NCBI GenBank assembly: GCA_951406725.2
Contig: OX597829.1
Coordinates: 45,942,001 to 46,006,000 of the forward strand
Reading direction: 5' to 3'
Source: Octopus vulgaris
Taxonomy: Eukaryota
Length of the DNA stretch: 64,000 nucleotides
Below are positions 10,945-23,260 of this stretch, one piece after another. The position numbers were made by a program, and so were the translations under genes. A model generated the notes under the pieces. The model was not told where the DNA came from, did not search any database, and saw nothing but the letters and a program-made list of their open reading frames with translations. Every line of letters starts with the position of its first letter. The stretch's first letter is position 1.

Positions 10945-13650
10945 AGTTTTGCCATTTCTACTTTCAGTTTGGAGTACTTGGTGATTTTACTTTACTCACA
11001 ACATTCATGTAATTTGGTATGGCTACATCAATGATTTGACAGTATTTGTCTCTCTTATTCAATATGACAATATCCGGCCGACGGTGTTCGATTAAACGAT
11101 CCATCTGAAAATTTCCATCCGTCTACATAAGTTTACTTGGTACATGCTCATACCAGTTCTCTGTTACTTCATATTGGTATTTACGGCATAAGAGCTAATG
11201 AATTACACACACACTTTACCGTGACGGCGCTTGTATTCTTTTTGCGCAAGGCTTTCACATCCACTTACCAAGTGGTTCACATTTTCCACACCCTTTCCAC
11301 AGAGTCTGCATTTCTGGGTGTCAGAAGTTTTATAGATGTTATGCTTCACTGAATTGGTAGCGAGAGCCTGGTCTTGTGCAGCAATGATCAGGCTTTCGGT
11401 GGTACGCTTCAAATCACCTCGCTCAAGCCATACCCACAGTGCTGTATTATCCTTAACGTTTTTGTGTACCCCTTTCAAACTGTCCATGCATTCTCATTTC
11501 AAGAAGGTCTTCTTTTCTCTTCTCCTCAGCCCTTTGGTTAAACCCTTCCTTGCCCATCGTTTCATCTGCATTTACACCCATATCTTTCGCGGCATATTGC
11601 AGCAGGTCTTCATCACAATTTATCAAATACTCTGCAAGAGTTCTTCTTTCACTCCTTATACAATGGTCTATACTAATTAGTCCTCAGCCACAATTCTTTC
11701 TTTTCATATACAATCTGTTTACGTTTGCTCTAGGGTGTAGCGCCCCATGCAGTGACATCAACTTTCTCGTCCTTCTATCCAGTGATTATATTTCCTCCTT
11801 AGTCCATTTGAGGACTACATCTGACCACCGCAACTGACCAGATATCCACTGCGATAATCAAATTTTTGGCATTCAGGTTGGATTTCAACACAATCTTCAC
11901 CCTTTTTTTGATACGCCTCGCTGTCCTTGCCTTTCATTTCTCTGTGTAGAATATCATCCAGCTCCAAAATCCCTAAATATCTATGCCCACTATCGTTGGG
12001 TTCATCCGTGGTTTCTCCTGATGGTAACGTTAACCGTAATCCTCTGCAGGCTGCTTTCTTCCCTCTCTTCATATTAAGTACTGAGCATTTTGTAATCCAA
12101 AATTCCATACCGATGTCCCTATCACACTTTTGGACTGTTTTGGTTAAAGAATCTATCTGCTTTCAGATTTCCCAAACAATTTCAGATCATCTATAAACAG
12201 AAGATGGTTCAATGATGGGCCTTTCTTCCCACATCGGAAACCCATCTTAACTTTCCTAAGTGTCGTTGTTATAGGTATTAGTGCAATTACAAAACGTTAC
12301 GGAGAAAGCGAGTCACCTTGGAAGATACCCATTTTAATATTAACTTCTCCAAGGAATACAGTACTTGAGTACAATTTTATTTTCCACTCTTTCATTCTAT
12401 GCATCAGAAAATTTATGATGTTGTCAGCAACACCAAACATCTGCAGGTATTCAACGATCCAAGAATGAGGCACCATATCCTATGCCTTCTTAAAAATCAA
12501 TCCAAGCCAATAGACCTGTTTGTTTGATTTTTTTTGCAATGCCTCAAAACTGCTTTATCGATATCCAGATGATGCTTAGTACCCTGAGAACTCTTCCTAC
12601 ATCCTTTTTGTTCCCTTGGTAGTATTTCTTTCTGTGCCACAAAAGTGTATGTCTTTGCTGCACATATTCCAGTGAGTATCTTCCAGATTATGTTATGCTA
12701 TGGGACAGTAGTTTCCCACAATATTCCCCTTCTATCTTTCATTACAAGTGTTGTTCTCCCAGTCACCATCCACAGCGGGGCTGTACTTTTCTAGACACAT
12801 TCAGTTGGGCTGCTAGTCATTCATGAACCGCGTGGCATCTCTTCAGCTCGAAGCCATGAATCCCATCCGGTCCAGGGGCTTTCCAGTTGGGCCCTTTACC
12901 CACTTGTTCTTTCACATCACCCTTGCTTAAGACAATATTCCTTTGTTTCTTTCCACCTTGTAATTCTGTCTTGATAATTCTTATCCACATTGCATCCCTT
13001 TTATGCACCACATTGTTTCCCCATATTCCGCTCCAGAATTCCTTGGCTTGATTTGCATTAGGAGAAATATTTTCCCCATTGTCTCCTTCTAACGTTTGGA
13101 AGAATTGCTTCATGTTACTTTTGAACAATCTGTTCTCGAACTGCTTCTTTCTGATGACAAATCTTCTGATCTTCTGAATTTTGCCATGATCCTCTGTTTT
13201 AACTGCTCCATTACTGCATCAAACCCGTTCTTCCGTATTTTATATTTCTTATCTAATTTTTCTCGGTCGGACATTTTCCCATTTTTCCAGTTTCCTCTTA
13301 ACCATTGCTCAATTTTTCCTAGCAATGCAGTTCCAAGCAATGCTGATTTTTGTAGGTGTTCAACATTCACACTTATAACAGTCTTTTTCAGCCATGCTTG
13401 TAGTTGAGTGCTGATACTTCCAAGTGCACCAATTACTATAGGCATCACATCTACTCTCTTCATTGATCACAAACTTCGTATTTCCCACTTCAAACCGTCA
13501 TAGTTGCTTAATTTTTCTTGTTCTTTCACATTGATCATGTTGTCACCGGAGCATGCTATGTCGATAATCATACTTGTTCTTTCTTTTTTATTCAGCACAA
13601 TAATGTCCAGTTTCCTGTCCGGTTAGGTGATCGCACTGGATCATTACCTT
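10945..13650 (-). mobile_element. Decayed non-LTR retrotransposon with restriction-like endonuclease (Dong/R4-like clade)
   Basis: Minus-strand motifs WKAPGPDGIHGF, GIFQGDSLSP, YLGILELDD, TESLIIAAQDQAL, CRLC..ENVNHLVSGC..YKRRH, EHRRPDIVI, PIVIGALG; many stops and frameshifts. Confidence 0.88.
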
Positions 13651-13654
13651 CCAC

Positions 13655-13940
13655 AGGATTTTTCGGTTGTCATTTTCTTAAGGAGCTTTGGGAAAGGCTC
13701 CTTAGATCTTCCGATTTGACTATCTTTTGAAGTCTTCTTGATGGATGTGTCTCAAGAATAAGCTCTTTGAAAAGCTATCATCTCAAAATTGAAGAATTAC
13801 ATTTTGCAATCATTGACGAATATAACATTTTTACAGCGATTTCGAAGACTACAAGTTGCAACCCATCTTCAAAAGAACATTTCCATCATTTGGTTTGAAT
13901 GCAACAAATTTTAATAATTTTGTTTAATAAAAAAAATCAT
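13655..13940 (+). mobile_element. Tc1/mariner transposase C-terminal fragment
   Basis: ERLLRSSDLT resembles WPPRSPDL, followed by a frameshifted LKNKLF-like segment; heavily decayed. Confidence 0.45.
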
Positions 13941-14052
13941 AGAATTTGCATACAGTATTTTACAGTGCAAACTTAAAGCAAACCTTGTTATTCTTTCTTT
14001 TTCTATATCTCTCTGTCATTGCCTGCCTATCTTTCCTTCTCTCTCTCGCTTT

Positions 14053-14144
<92 letters not shown>

Positions 14145-14145
14145 G

Positions 14146-14223
<78 letters not shown>

Positions 14224-14862
14224 CATATGCATATATATATATATATTCATATGCATATACATTAATACATATACGAATACACTCATACACACATGCGCAT
14301 GTACAAAATCGATAAAATGTTTCTAACGGACATTCATAAAATAAAATGTATGACGATTAAAAATTAAAAATTAAAATCAAAATTATAATAGAGAAAAATG
14401 TTAGCCAAAAGGTATATTTTCACTATGAAAAAGTAATTATCCAAACAGTTTAGAAACATTAAGTCGACTATTATTTTTGCTTTAACAATCTTATTTCATT
14501 TGTAAAATTATTCTTAAATTATTGATTTTTGTTTGTTTTCGCAATATGCTGGTGTACAAAAGCAACGGAGCTGTGGAAGTTATTTAGTCAATTAGATTGA
14601 TCTCAATATTTGAATTGTGTTCATGTTGTCGACTCCGGAAGGCTAAATATAACAGACTCAAATCCAAAACAAGGTTACGTAACTGAATACTACGATTCCT
14701 TTCTAGCCACGTGCTTGTTTGTATGTACAAATGTATGCATATGATTTGTGAGTGAAATTTGGGTGAAAAAAATACCTGATGAAATCCGATGTATGTTTGC
14801 ACATACACACGCACACATACACAACAACAGCAACAACAACAAGAAAATACATATAGGGAAAA

Positions 14863-15263
14863 TTCTTTTACTCTTTTACTCTTTTACTTGTTTCAGTCAT
14901 TTGACTGTGGCTTTTCTGGAGCACTGTCTTTAGTCGAGCAAATCAACCCCAGAACTTATCCTTTATAAGCCTAGTACTTATTCTATCAGACTCTTGCCGA
15001 ACCGCTAAGTTACTGGGACGTAAACACACCAGCATCGGTTGTCAAGCGATGTTGTGGGGAGAAACACAGACGCACAAAGATATACACACACATGCATATA
15101 TATACATCTATACGACAGGCTTCTTTCAGTTTCCGTCTACCAAATCCACTCACAAGGCCCGAGGCTATAGAAGACAATTGCCCAAGCTGCCACGCAGTGG
15201 GACTGAACCCGGAACGATGTGGTTGGTAAACAAGCTACTTACCACACAGCCACTCCTACGCCT
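14863..15263 (-). mobile_element. tRNA-derived CORE-type octopus SINE (OR1/OR2-like)
   Basis: Minus: GGAGTGGCTGTGTGGTAAGTAGCTTG..GGGTTCAGTCCCACTGCGTGGCA.CTTGGGCAA; tail GACTGAAACAAGTAAAAGAGTAAAAG. More than 15 copies in the window. Confidence 0.85.
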
Positions 15264-15340
15264 TTTATGTATCCTTACTATAGATCTCACCTTATAAAGC
15301 TGACAATTCTATTGCCTTAATATATAAATACGCACACATA

Positions 15341-16194
15341 CGTGGTCTGATCAATAAGTATACGGAATGTGGTCATAGTAACGAAGTTAAAGCACGCAGG
15401 GTGAAGCCGCTTGGTACAGATTGGCCTTGAACTCTGCTGCGCATGCGTACTAAATTTTAACCTTCTAGCTCGCTTTCGCTCTTTACAGCAGTGCTTGGTT
15501 GTCGCATTAACCATAACAGAGACAGATGAGCAGAGAATCTGCATCAAATTTTGACAAAAGTTTGGCGATACCTGCTCAGAGGTCTACGCAAAATTTTCAA
15601 AAAGATTTCATCATTCTCGACACAATCAAGGAGATCTTGTGCAACTGAAACCTGAGTGTCTCTTTGATCAGCTGAAAGCAGTTTTTGACACAAACTTGGC
15701 AGACACGCGTCTCATACCCGAAACTTCAATAATAACGGACTGAACTGAACCGTAACTTATCTGCACATACTCGGATAACTCACGGATGTTGATTCGACGA
15801 TTTCCCCTCACAGCTGCACTCACACCTGCAATGTTTTTCTCAGTTTTCCGAGAGCGTTCGTCAATATCGACATTTTTTTCAGCCATCTTGGAAGTGCCTC
15901 AACTACTTCTAGACTTGTGTGCGGCTCATACACACCTCTCCAACTGCAACTTTGCGTAGGGTTCTCTGTAGATATCGCCACGACACCTTTCTCTGTCATG
16001 GTGAATGCGACGATCACATGCTACACACGTTTCTTCCAAGCACTGCTGGAAACAGCGGAAGTGAGCTAGAACGTTAAAACATAGTGCGCATGCACAACAG
16101 AGTTCAAAAGTCAATTGTTGTCGAGCAGTTTTACTCTGTGTGCTTTAGCTTCGTTACTATGGCAACAGTCCGGATACTTATTGATCAGACCTCT
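15341..16194. mobile_element. Mariner-derived non-autonomous element with two left ends
   Basis: TIRs GGTCTGATCAATAAGTAT / ATACTTATTGATCAGACC with TA flanks. Transposase N-terminus EQRICIKF on +; HTH segment RRINIRELSEYVQISYGSVQSVI..MRRVSAKFV on -. Confidence 0.8.
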
Positions 16195-16412
16195 TACGTA
16201 CTTGATTATATGTGTATAATAATAGTTCTTTTATGCTAAGTTCTTCTATCTTTATCTTTTACTTGTTCCAGTCATTAGACTGCGGCCATGCTAAAGCACC
16301 GTCTTGATGAATTTTTAGTGGAATGAATTGACCCATGTATTTATGTGTTTTGTTTTTCCTTATTTACATTATTTCCAATTGAAATGTATCTGTCCTCATT
16401 TTGTTTGTTGTT

Positions 16413-16458
16413 AACACAACGTTTCGGCTGATATACCCTCCAGCCTTCATCAGGTGTC
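16413..16458 (-). ncRNA. Minimal type I hammerhead ribozyme motif (canonical core)
   Basis: Minus: GACAC-CTGATGA-A-GGCTG(gagggtatat)CAGCC-GAAA-CG-TT-GTGTT; palindromic ACGT stem III. Confidence 0.8.
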
Positions 16459-16513
16459 TTGGGGAAATTTTGAACCTGGGCTGTCATTTTTTAACCACTA
16501 CGCCATACGCTGT

Positions 16514-16760
16514 GGGCATATGGCGTAGTGGTTAAGAGCGCGGGCTACTAACCTCAAAATTATGAGTTCGATTCCAGGCAGTGATCTGAATGATAATAAC
16601 AACAATAATAATAACATCTAAAAATACCTTAGGAATGAAAACCCAGGTTCGGAATTTCCCCAAGACAGCTGATGAATGCTGGATGGTATATCAGCTGAAA
16701 AGTTGAGGACAAATATCCGTCAAATGTAAATAATATAAATAATGTAAATAATTCTTCATC
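16514..16760 (+). mobile_element. tRNA-headed SINE-like element carrying a degenerate hammerhead (16664-16704)
   Basis: A box TGGCGTAGTGG at 16521-16531, B box GAGTTCGATTCC at 16564-16575, an (AAT/AAC)n linker, then GACAG-CTGATGA-ATGCTG..CAGCT-GAAA-AGTT. Confidence 0.75.
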
Positions 16761-17250
16761 ATCAGTTGTATTTGTTTTTCCTATTGGTTAAGCCTGATAT
16801 TTATTCTATTAGGCTCTTTTGCTAATGTTACGGGGACGTAAATATACCAATACCGGTTGTCAAGTGGTGATGGAGGGCAAAAACAAGTACAAAGACACAC
16901 ACATATGAAGGGTGTCTGTCAGTTTCCGTCTACACACAGAGTTCCCGTCTACCAAATCCACTCACAAGGCTTTGGTCGGATCGAGGCTGCAATAGAAGAC
17001 ACTTGCCGTACACTGAACCCGGAACCATGTGATTAGAAAGCAAGCTTCTTACCACGCAGCCACGCTTGCGCCTAAATAAAAAAAAAAGCTTTATAAAAAA
17101 CAATATAACATTCAGGTAATGCATTACTCAGTATCTTTTAGTAGGGTACATATTAACTTCTGCAAAGAAATGTTCGACAGTGACTTCGAAGTAAGCACTT
17201 ATTCCACATAAAAGTGAATGCGTACAAACACACTTGCGCGCGCATGTAAG

Positions 17251-17289
<39 letters not shown>

Positions 17290-18155
17290 ATACAAATGTA
17301 TCTATAAATATTTATAAATATATATGCATACACAGACACACGTACATATGTAGAAACATGCACACACAAACACACACACACACGTATACGCGTGTCTGCG
17401 TTTGTGATTGTGTGTGTTTGTCCGTATTTTTTACACACACCTGCGTATGCACGCGTACCTGTATTGAGGTAAATCAGTGCATCGATTAAAAAAAAGTCTT
17501 CTAGTGATATTTCAGTATTTTTGTGACGTATCTTTCTTTATCGAAGAAAAGACCTAGCCATTCAATAAGTAAGCGATCGATAAAACAAACATTAGTCAAT
17601 GAGTTCAGGAGTCGATAATAATCGATGCAAACAAAAAAACAACAAAAAAACAAAAAAAAAAAAAAAAAAACAAATAAAAATCTCTTGAAGGCCGTGCCTT
17701 AGATTGGCTTCAATCCAAAGATTAAAACCATTAAATGAAGAAAGGAATATAATAATAACCGCGTTGTCTTTTATTCATTAAAACCATTTTCGTGTTCCGT
17801 TATTTGCTACAGCTGTTTTCTTAGCAATGAAATCATTTATATATATATATTTTTTTAAAACATTTGATCAATCGTACATTTTCTTATTCCAACAAATGTA
17901 TTTTGCCATAAGCAACCGTTGCATACTCCGTTAACAGCATCTCCTATTTGGAGCAGACAACAAGTAATGAAATTGATTCATAAGTTGTTGTTGTTGTTGT
18001 GTTCTTGTTCTTGTTATAATTGTAGTTGCTTTATATCCAGGTCAGCTCTGATTTTATTTCCAGGACTATATAATATTCAACCGACTTTTCGTTTCTATCG
18101 TTTGTGTTTTTGAAGACAATTTCAAGTAGATTTGGTTGTTTTTTCATGTATGACA

Positions 18156-18659
18156 TGTAAACGGAATAAGGGATTTATTATAAGTTACTTTTATTGGTCA
18201 AAACTGTCGATTTAGCACATGGTCAAGAACCTCTCTGGCAACGGAGATATTTTCCCAATAAATCAATAATGTACTTCGTATGTTATTCCAAACATTGTTA
18301 TTAGTTTTCGCTGTAGGCTTCTCATCTGAGATGCAACATGCTGTGACCCTTTCTAGCGGCAGCTCGGTGTGGCCACCTACCAGCCCAGGCTCCATTGCTC
18401 GTGAAACTGAGGAAAGCAAACTGCGAAGGTGTCGGTCACTCTCCGACAGGTTTATGGTCAAGTCTTTGGTAGTGGAGATCTCCGCCGTTCTTGGCCCCCA
18501 GAGCATATCCCTGCTCGCTGCTATCGGAGCAGAGAGTAATATCAGCAAGAGCGATCCCCGTGAGCCAGAGTGGTTGTTTCAGCGCAACTCCCTCGCCGTT
18601 CTCCGAGGGTAAGCCCTTTCTCTTTTATCTGTTGGGACTATGAGGCAGTCTGACTTACA
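18156..18659 (-). mobile_element. Probable solo LTR (Gypsy-like)
   Basis: GC-richer 504-bp island with TGTAA...TTACA termini and AATAAA near the minus-strand 3' end. Flanks GACA/GAAA are a 4-bp TSD with one mismatch. Confidence 0.55.
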
Positions 18660-18723
18660 GAAAATTGTGTGGTCCACTCTTTAACGTAAATTTACTCCAT
18701 ACATACATACATACATACATACA

Positions 18724-18757
<34 letters not shown>

Positions 18758-18763
18758 CATAAA

Positions 18764-18794
<31 letters not shown>

Positions 18795-18915
18795 TTACAC
18801 ACACACACATATGTATATATATATATATATTTGAAATTTATAGAAAAACAAAAGACGAAGACGCTGTATGAAGAACAAGCAGGTATTTGTTTGATGGTCG
18901 AGAAAGGGAGAAAGT

Positions 18916-18951
18916 ATTTTATGTTTCGAGCTTACGCTCTTCAACAGAAGG
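18916..18951 (-). ncRNA. Minimal hammerhead-like motif, A6U core (CTGTTGA)
   Basis: Minus: CCTT-CTGTTGA-A-GAGC(GTAA)GCTC-GAAA-CA-TA-AAAT; stem II is capped by a GNRA loop; stem I is poor in this copy. Confidence 0.5.
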
Positions 18952-19037
18952 GAATAAAAAAAAAAAGCAGTGAAAGATAAAAAAAAAAAACGCTCGTGAA
19001 TTTAGCGATTCAAGCATGGCGACTGGTTATATATATA

Positions 19038-19345
19038 AGGCGCATGGCTCAGTGGTTAGATAATCTGGCTCACAATCATGAAGTAGTGAGTTCGATTCCC
19101 GGACCAGGTTGTGTTGTGTCCAGTTAACTCAGCTGTAGAAATGAGTTGCGATATCACTGGTGCCTAGCTGTATCGGTCTTTGCCTTTCCTTTGGATAACA
19201 CTGGTGGCATGGAGAGGAGAAGCTAGTATGCATGGGTGACTGCTGGTCTTCCATAAACAACCTTACCCAGACTTGCCTTGGAAGAGAACATTCTAGGTGC
19301 AATACCATGGTCATTCATGACGGAAGGGGGTCCTTACTTTTTACC
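19038..19345 (+). mobile_element. tRNA-derived SINE
   Basis: A box TGGCTCAGTGGTTAG, B box GAGTTCGATTCC; tail CTTACTTTTTACCT. Confidence 0.75.
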
Positions 19346-19780
19346 TTATATATAATAGAAGGGTAAAATTAATTAATCAATTAATTAACAATTTCACCAA
19401 GTAGATCGGTACGTTAAAATAACCTTTATAGGTAAAATTATCCACATAATTATAATTAGGGTTCATCTAACTGCTTCACAACATACCGGAATTAGAAATA
19501 TGAGTTAAAAATTCCTTTCCTGCTACTATAAGAATCTCCATGACGGAGATATATGCTAGGATGAAATGAACCACCCCACACAAACCCGCTCGTCTAAAGA
19601 TGATTTCAACTCCACATAGACTATATAAAAGCTAGTATAATTCTAATACATCGCAGTTCCACGATGGCTTTGCTGACTGGAACACTGAAGCCACTGTCAA
19701 CAACATTCTTGTATAAGAATAATAAATTTAAGCAATAATAAATCTTAGAGCGAGTTATAAACAGTAGCTGCAACACATCG

Positions 19781-20247
19781 TGACGTATATTTGCCATTTA
19801 AATATGGCTAACCCCTAAGGGTGAATACTACTGTAGTTTGTAGCCTCAGGAGGACACCTCCTCCAGCTGGCTTTAGACACACTTTCTGTGCCCTATCAGT
19901 GTTTGCAAAGGGAAGCCATCCTTCCCGTCTTCAACTTATGATACACACGGATTCGAGTTTCTGGGTATTGAGCCTTCATCGGCGTGTGATAATCACAGTT
20001 GTCGATGAAAAGTAGGTTCCCTTCAAAAAAAATTTTTTCCCTTTTCCAGTATCGGGTCAATACCCAGAAACTCGAGTCCGTGTGTATCATAAGTTGAAGA
20101 CGGGAAGGATGGCTTCCCTTTGCAAACGCTGATAGGGCTCAGAAAGTGTGTCTAAAGCCAGCTGGAGGAGGTGTCCTCCTGGGGCTACAAACTACAGTAG
20201 CATCCACCCTTAGGGGTTAGCCATATTCAAATGGCAAATATACGTCA
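19781..20247. repeat. Inverted repeat, arms 19781-19971 and 20057-20247
   Basis: ~190-bp arms with a few mismatches; the right arm begins inside the HHR. Confidence 0.95.
19944..19988 (-). ncRNA. Type I hammerhead-like motif, U4C core (CCGATGA)
   Basis: Minus: CACACG-CCGATGA-AGGC(tcaata)CCCA-GAAA-CTCGAA-TC-CGTGTG. The mirror arm has GGG(tcaata)CCC-A-GAAA-CTCGAG-TC-CGTGTG, with palindromic ACTCGAGT and GUC. Confidence 0.7.
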
Positions 20248-20849
20248 GAATAATAAATTTGTACTCTACAAAAGTATAGAGTAACCCATCAGATTAATAT
20301 GAAATTGGTTTTATTAGAACTGAACGTAAAAAAACAAACATTAATAAACATATGTATGCACGCACGCATGCGTGTGCATGAGTTGTGACTAAAATGAATG
20401 TGAGGAGATCATTATGAAATGCGCATTATATAATGAATTCGAATACATTATCCACGTTGAAGACTTCATAAATAATATTTGATAAGACAAGCAATTGGAA
20501 ATCATGGAATAAATATAATGCTAGTACGTTTATCCTCCGCTTATTAATATCATATATATATATATATCGTTTACTTTGTCCATAAATAGAAATGTATGTC
20601 AACAACATTGCTTATATGTTATTACATTTAACTTAGGCAATTGCTAACCAGTTTTTGGGCGTAAGAAGATCAAAACTATATTACTAGTATTATCCTGTTC
20701 AATTTGTAAAATTAGAAATTTAATCAAACTAAATTAGTACAACATAACCGATCCAATCCTATCATCTAATCAGAAATTAGCAACAAGGAAATAATACACG
20801 ATATATTTTAATAAAAATAAATACTTAAATTGTAAATGTAACTCACGTT

Positions 20850-21238
<389 letters not shown>

Positions 21239-21384
21239 AAACACACCTTCGCGCACATGGACACATAGACACAAACGTGTGTCTGTCTGTGTCTGTATGT
21301 GTGCGTGTGTGTGTGTGAATGTGTGTGTACCTTAGTAAATGACCAAATATGTTACATGATATATATACTTATACATATACATAT

Positions 21385-21434
<50 letters not shown>

Positions 21435-21456
21435 ATACATACATACATATATACAT

Positions 21457-21488
<32 letters not shown>

Positions 21489-21498
21489 TTAAATTTAA

Positions 21499-21549
21499 TT
21501 TGTCAAAATATTTTCGTCGCTTTGAGACCGCGACCTGCTCACTGACAAA
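21499..21549 (-). ncRNA. Hammerhead-like motif with G3-C8 swapped core (GTGAGCA)
   Basis: Minus: TTTGTCA-GTGAGCA-G-GTCGC(ggtctcaaa)GCGAC-GAAA-ATAT-TT-TGACAAA. Confidence 0.7.
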
Positions 21550-22555
21550 ACTTCGTGCTGCATCTGAGAAAGTAACGGTTAGTTCATGATATATATGTAC
21601 GTATGTATGTGTGTGTGTATGTATGCATATATGTATGCATGCATGCATCTATGTATGTATGTATGAATATATGTATGTATGTGGCTACATGTATGTGCGC
21701 ATGCATGTATGCATGCCTATACGCGGAAGTATTTAGGAGAGTGTGTAGACGTGTCTCTGTGTATGTACATGTGAACGTATGTTTATTTACTGATATGCGT
21801 CAGTTCACGTTGTATACATGACTGTTACCTTGTTGAGGGTTGTATATATACACATATATACATTTATATATACACACACACATATATGTGTGTGTGTGTG
21901 CGTTTGACCCTCTCACGCCCGTCTAACGGTGAATGGATACAACGTCTTAGATACATATATGCACATACAACCTTATACATATATACAAGTACACACAATC
22001 ATATAGACACTTACAGATACTCACAAATATACGTATAATCTTAAAGTATACACACATATACGCTCATCCATCTCTACATACATATATATATATATATACA
22101 TATACATATACACACACATAATACATACTTTTATTCATACGAACGTAATTGATATGAAATATGTCATGAATAGCAGGGACATTTTCATATGACACGGCAA
22201 AAAATTGCTGTTGATACATTACGGCAGAAATCGTTTTCACCTCAATAGACGTCATTGATTGGCTGAAATTGCCGAAAATTAAGAAATTAAAGACCAAATA
22301 TCTTACAAACTACAGAATTTTCTCAAGAAAGCCAAGAGAAAAAGATGTTTTATAAACACATTCTACCAGTATAGGAAGTTTAAAAGTGTTTAGTTACAAA
22401 GAAACTATTTTAAAAATCTGCCAAAAAGATCTCCGTAATATATATATATATATATATATATATTTCAACAATTGAGGGTAAAATTAATTAATTAATCAAT
22501 TTCACCAAGTATTCAGTATGCAAAGGGACCATTTAAGGCGAATTCAAATTATTAC

Positions 22556-23072
22556 ATTATATAAAAGGGCTTAGTAAAATAAATTACTTTGCCGCATACT
22601 GAACTCATTAGAAATAGCAGCTAAAAAAACTTTTTTAAAACTATTTCCAATACTTAAAGAAAACCTCTCTCATATAGTGTTTGCTCAATTCAACTCACGA
22701 AAGTATGGGGGTAGAGACATTAAAAAATCAAATGCAAAGGTTTAGTTTCGAGCAGATCTTCAGAAGCGATAACAAGCCGAAAGGGTATGCTCCCACTTTC
22801 AGTGTTTTCAAATCCAAACCAGGGAATTCTGAGCTGATGATAGAAGTGTCGATTTTGACTAATCTTGAAACGTACGTTCTCAAATAACCTTTGCATTTGA
22901 TTTTTTAATGTCTCTACCCCCATACTTTCGTGAGTTGAATTGAGCAAACACTATATGAGAGAGGTTTTCTTTAAGTATTGGAAATAGTTTTAAAAAAGTT
23001 TTTTTAGCTGCTATTTCTAATGAGTTCAGTATGCGGCAAAGTAATTTATTTTACTAAGCCCTTTTATATAAT
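22556..23072. repeat. Essentially perfect inverted repeat, arms 22556-22742 and 22886-23072, in an element (~22466-23072) bounded by (TA)n
   Basis: 187-bp arms with no mismatch seen by eye; 143-bp spacer containing an HHR. Confidence 0.95.
22830..22882 (+). ncRNA. Type I hammerhead ribozyme motif (canonical core)
   Basis: TGAG-CTGATGA-[TAGA..GTC(gatttt)GAC..TCTT]-GAAA-CGTACG-TT-CTCA; palindromic stem III ACGTACGT. Confidence 0.75.
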
Positions 23073-23082
23073 ATATATATAT

Positions 23083-23114
<32 letters not shown>

Positions 23115-23260
23115 GACATATCCGTGTATTTGCGTGTGAATATATATGTATGAGTGTCTGTGTGTATAGATGTGTGAGTGTATACGTATATGTATTGGTA
23201 CGTATGTATATGCATGCATGTATATATGTATGTATGCTATATATGTTATGTATGTACGTA

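Larger units (their letters stand above)
16247..17073 (-). mobile_element. CORE-type SINE interrupted by a HHR/SINE insertion (~16360-16765)
   Basis: SINE tail at 16247-16345; remainder at ~16785-17073. Confidence 0.7.

Noticed and set aside
16514-16585. tRNA-like sequences here and at 19038, 24170, 34158, 44282 and 54386
   Set aside because: A and B boxes are present, but no complete cloverleaf; each continues into a SINE body.
18198-18612. Overlapping 110-116-aa ORFs in a GC-rich island
   Set aside because: No recognisable domain; better explained as a solo LTR.
22255-22285. GGC(tgaaatt)GCC-GAAA hairpin resembling HHR stem II
   Set aside because: No CUGANGA-like core or stem I.
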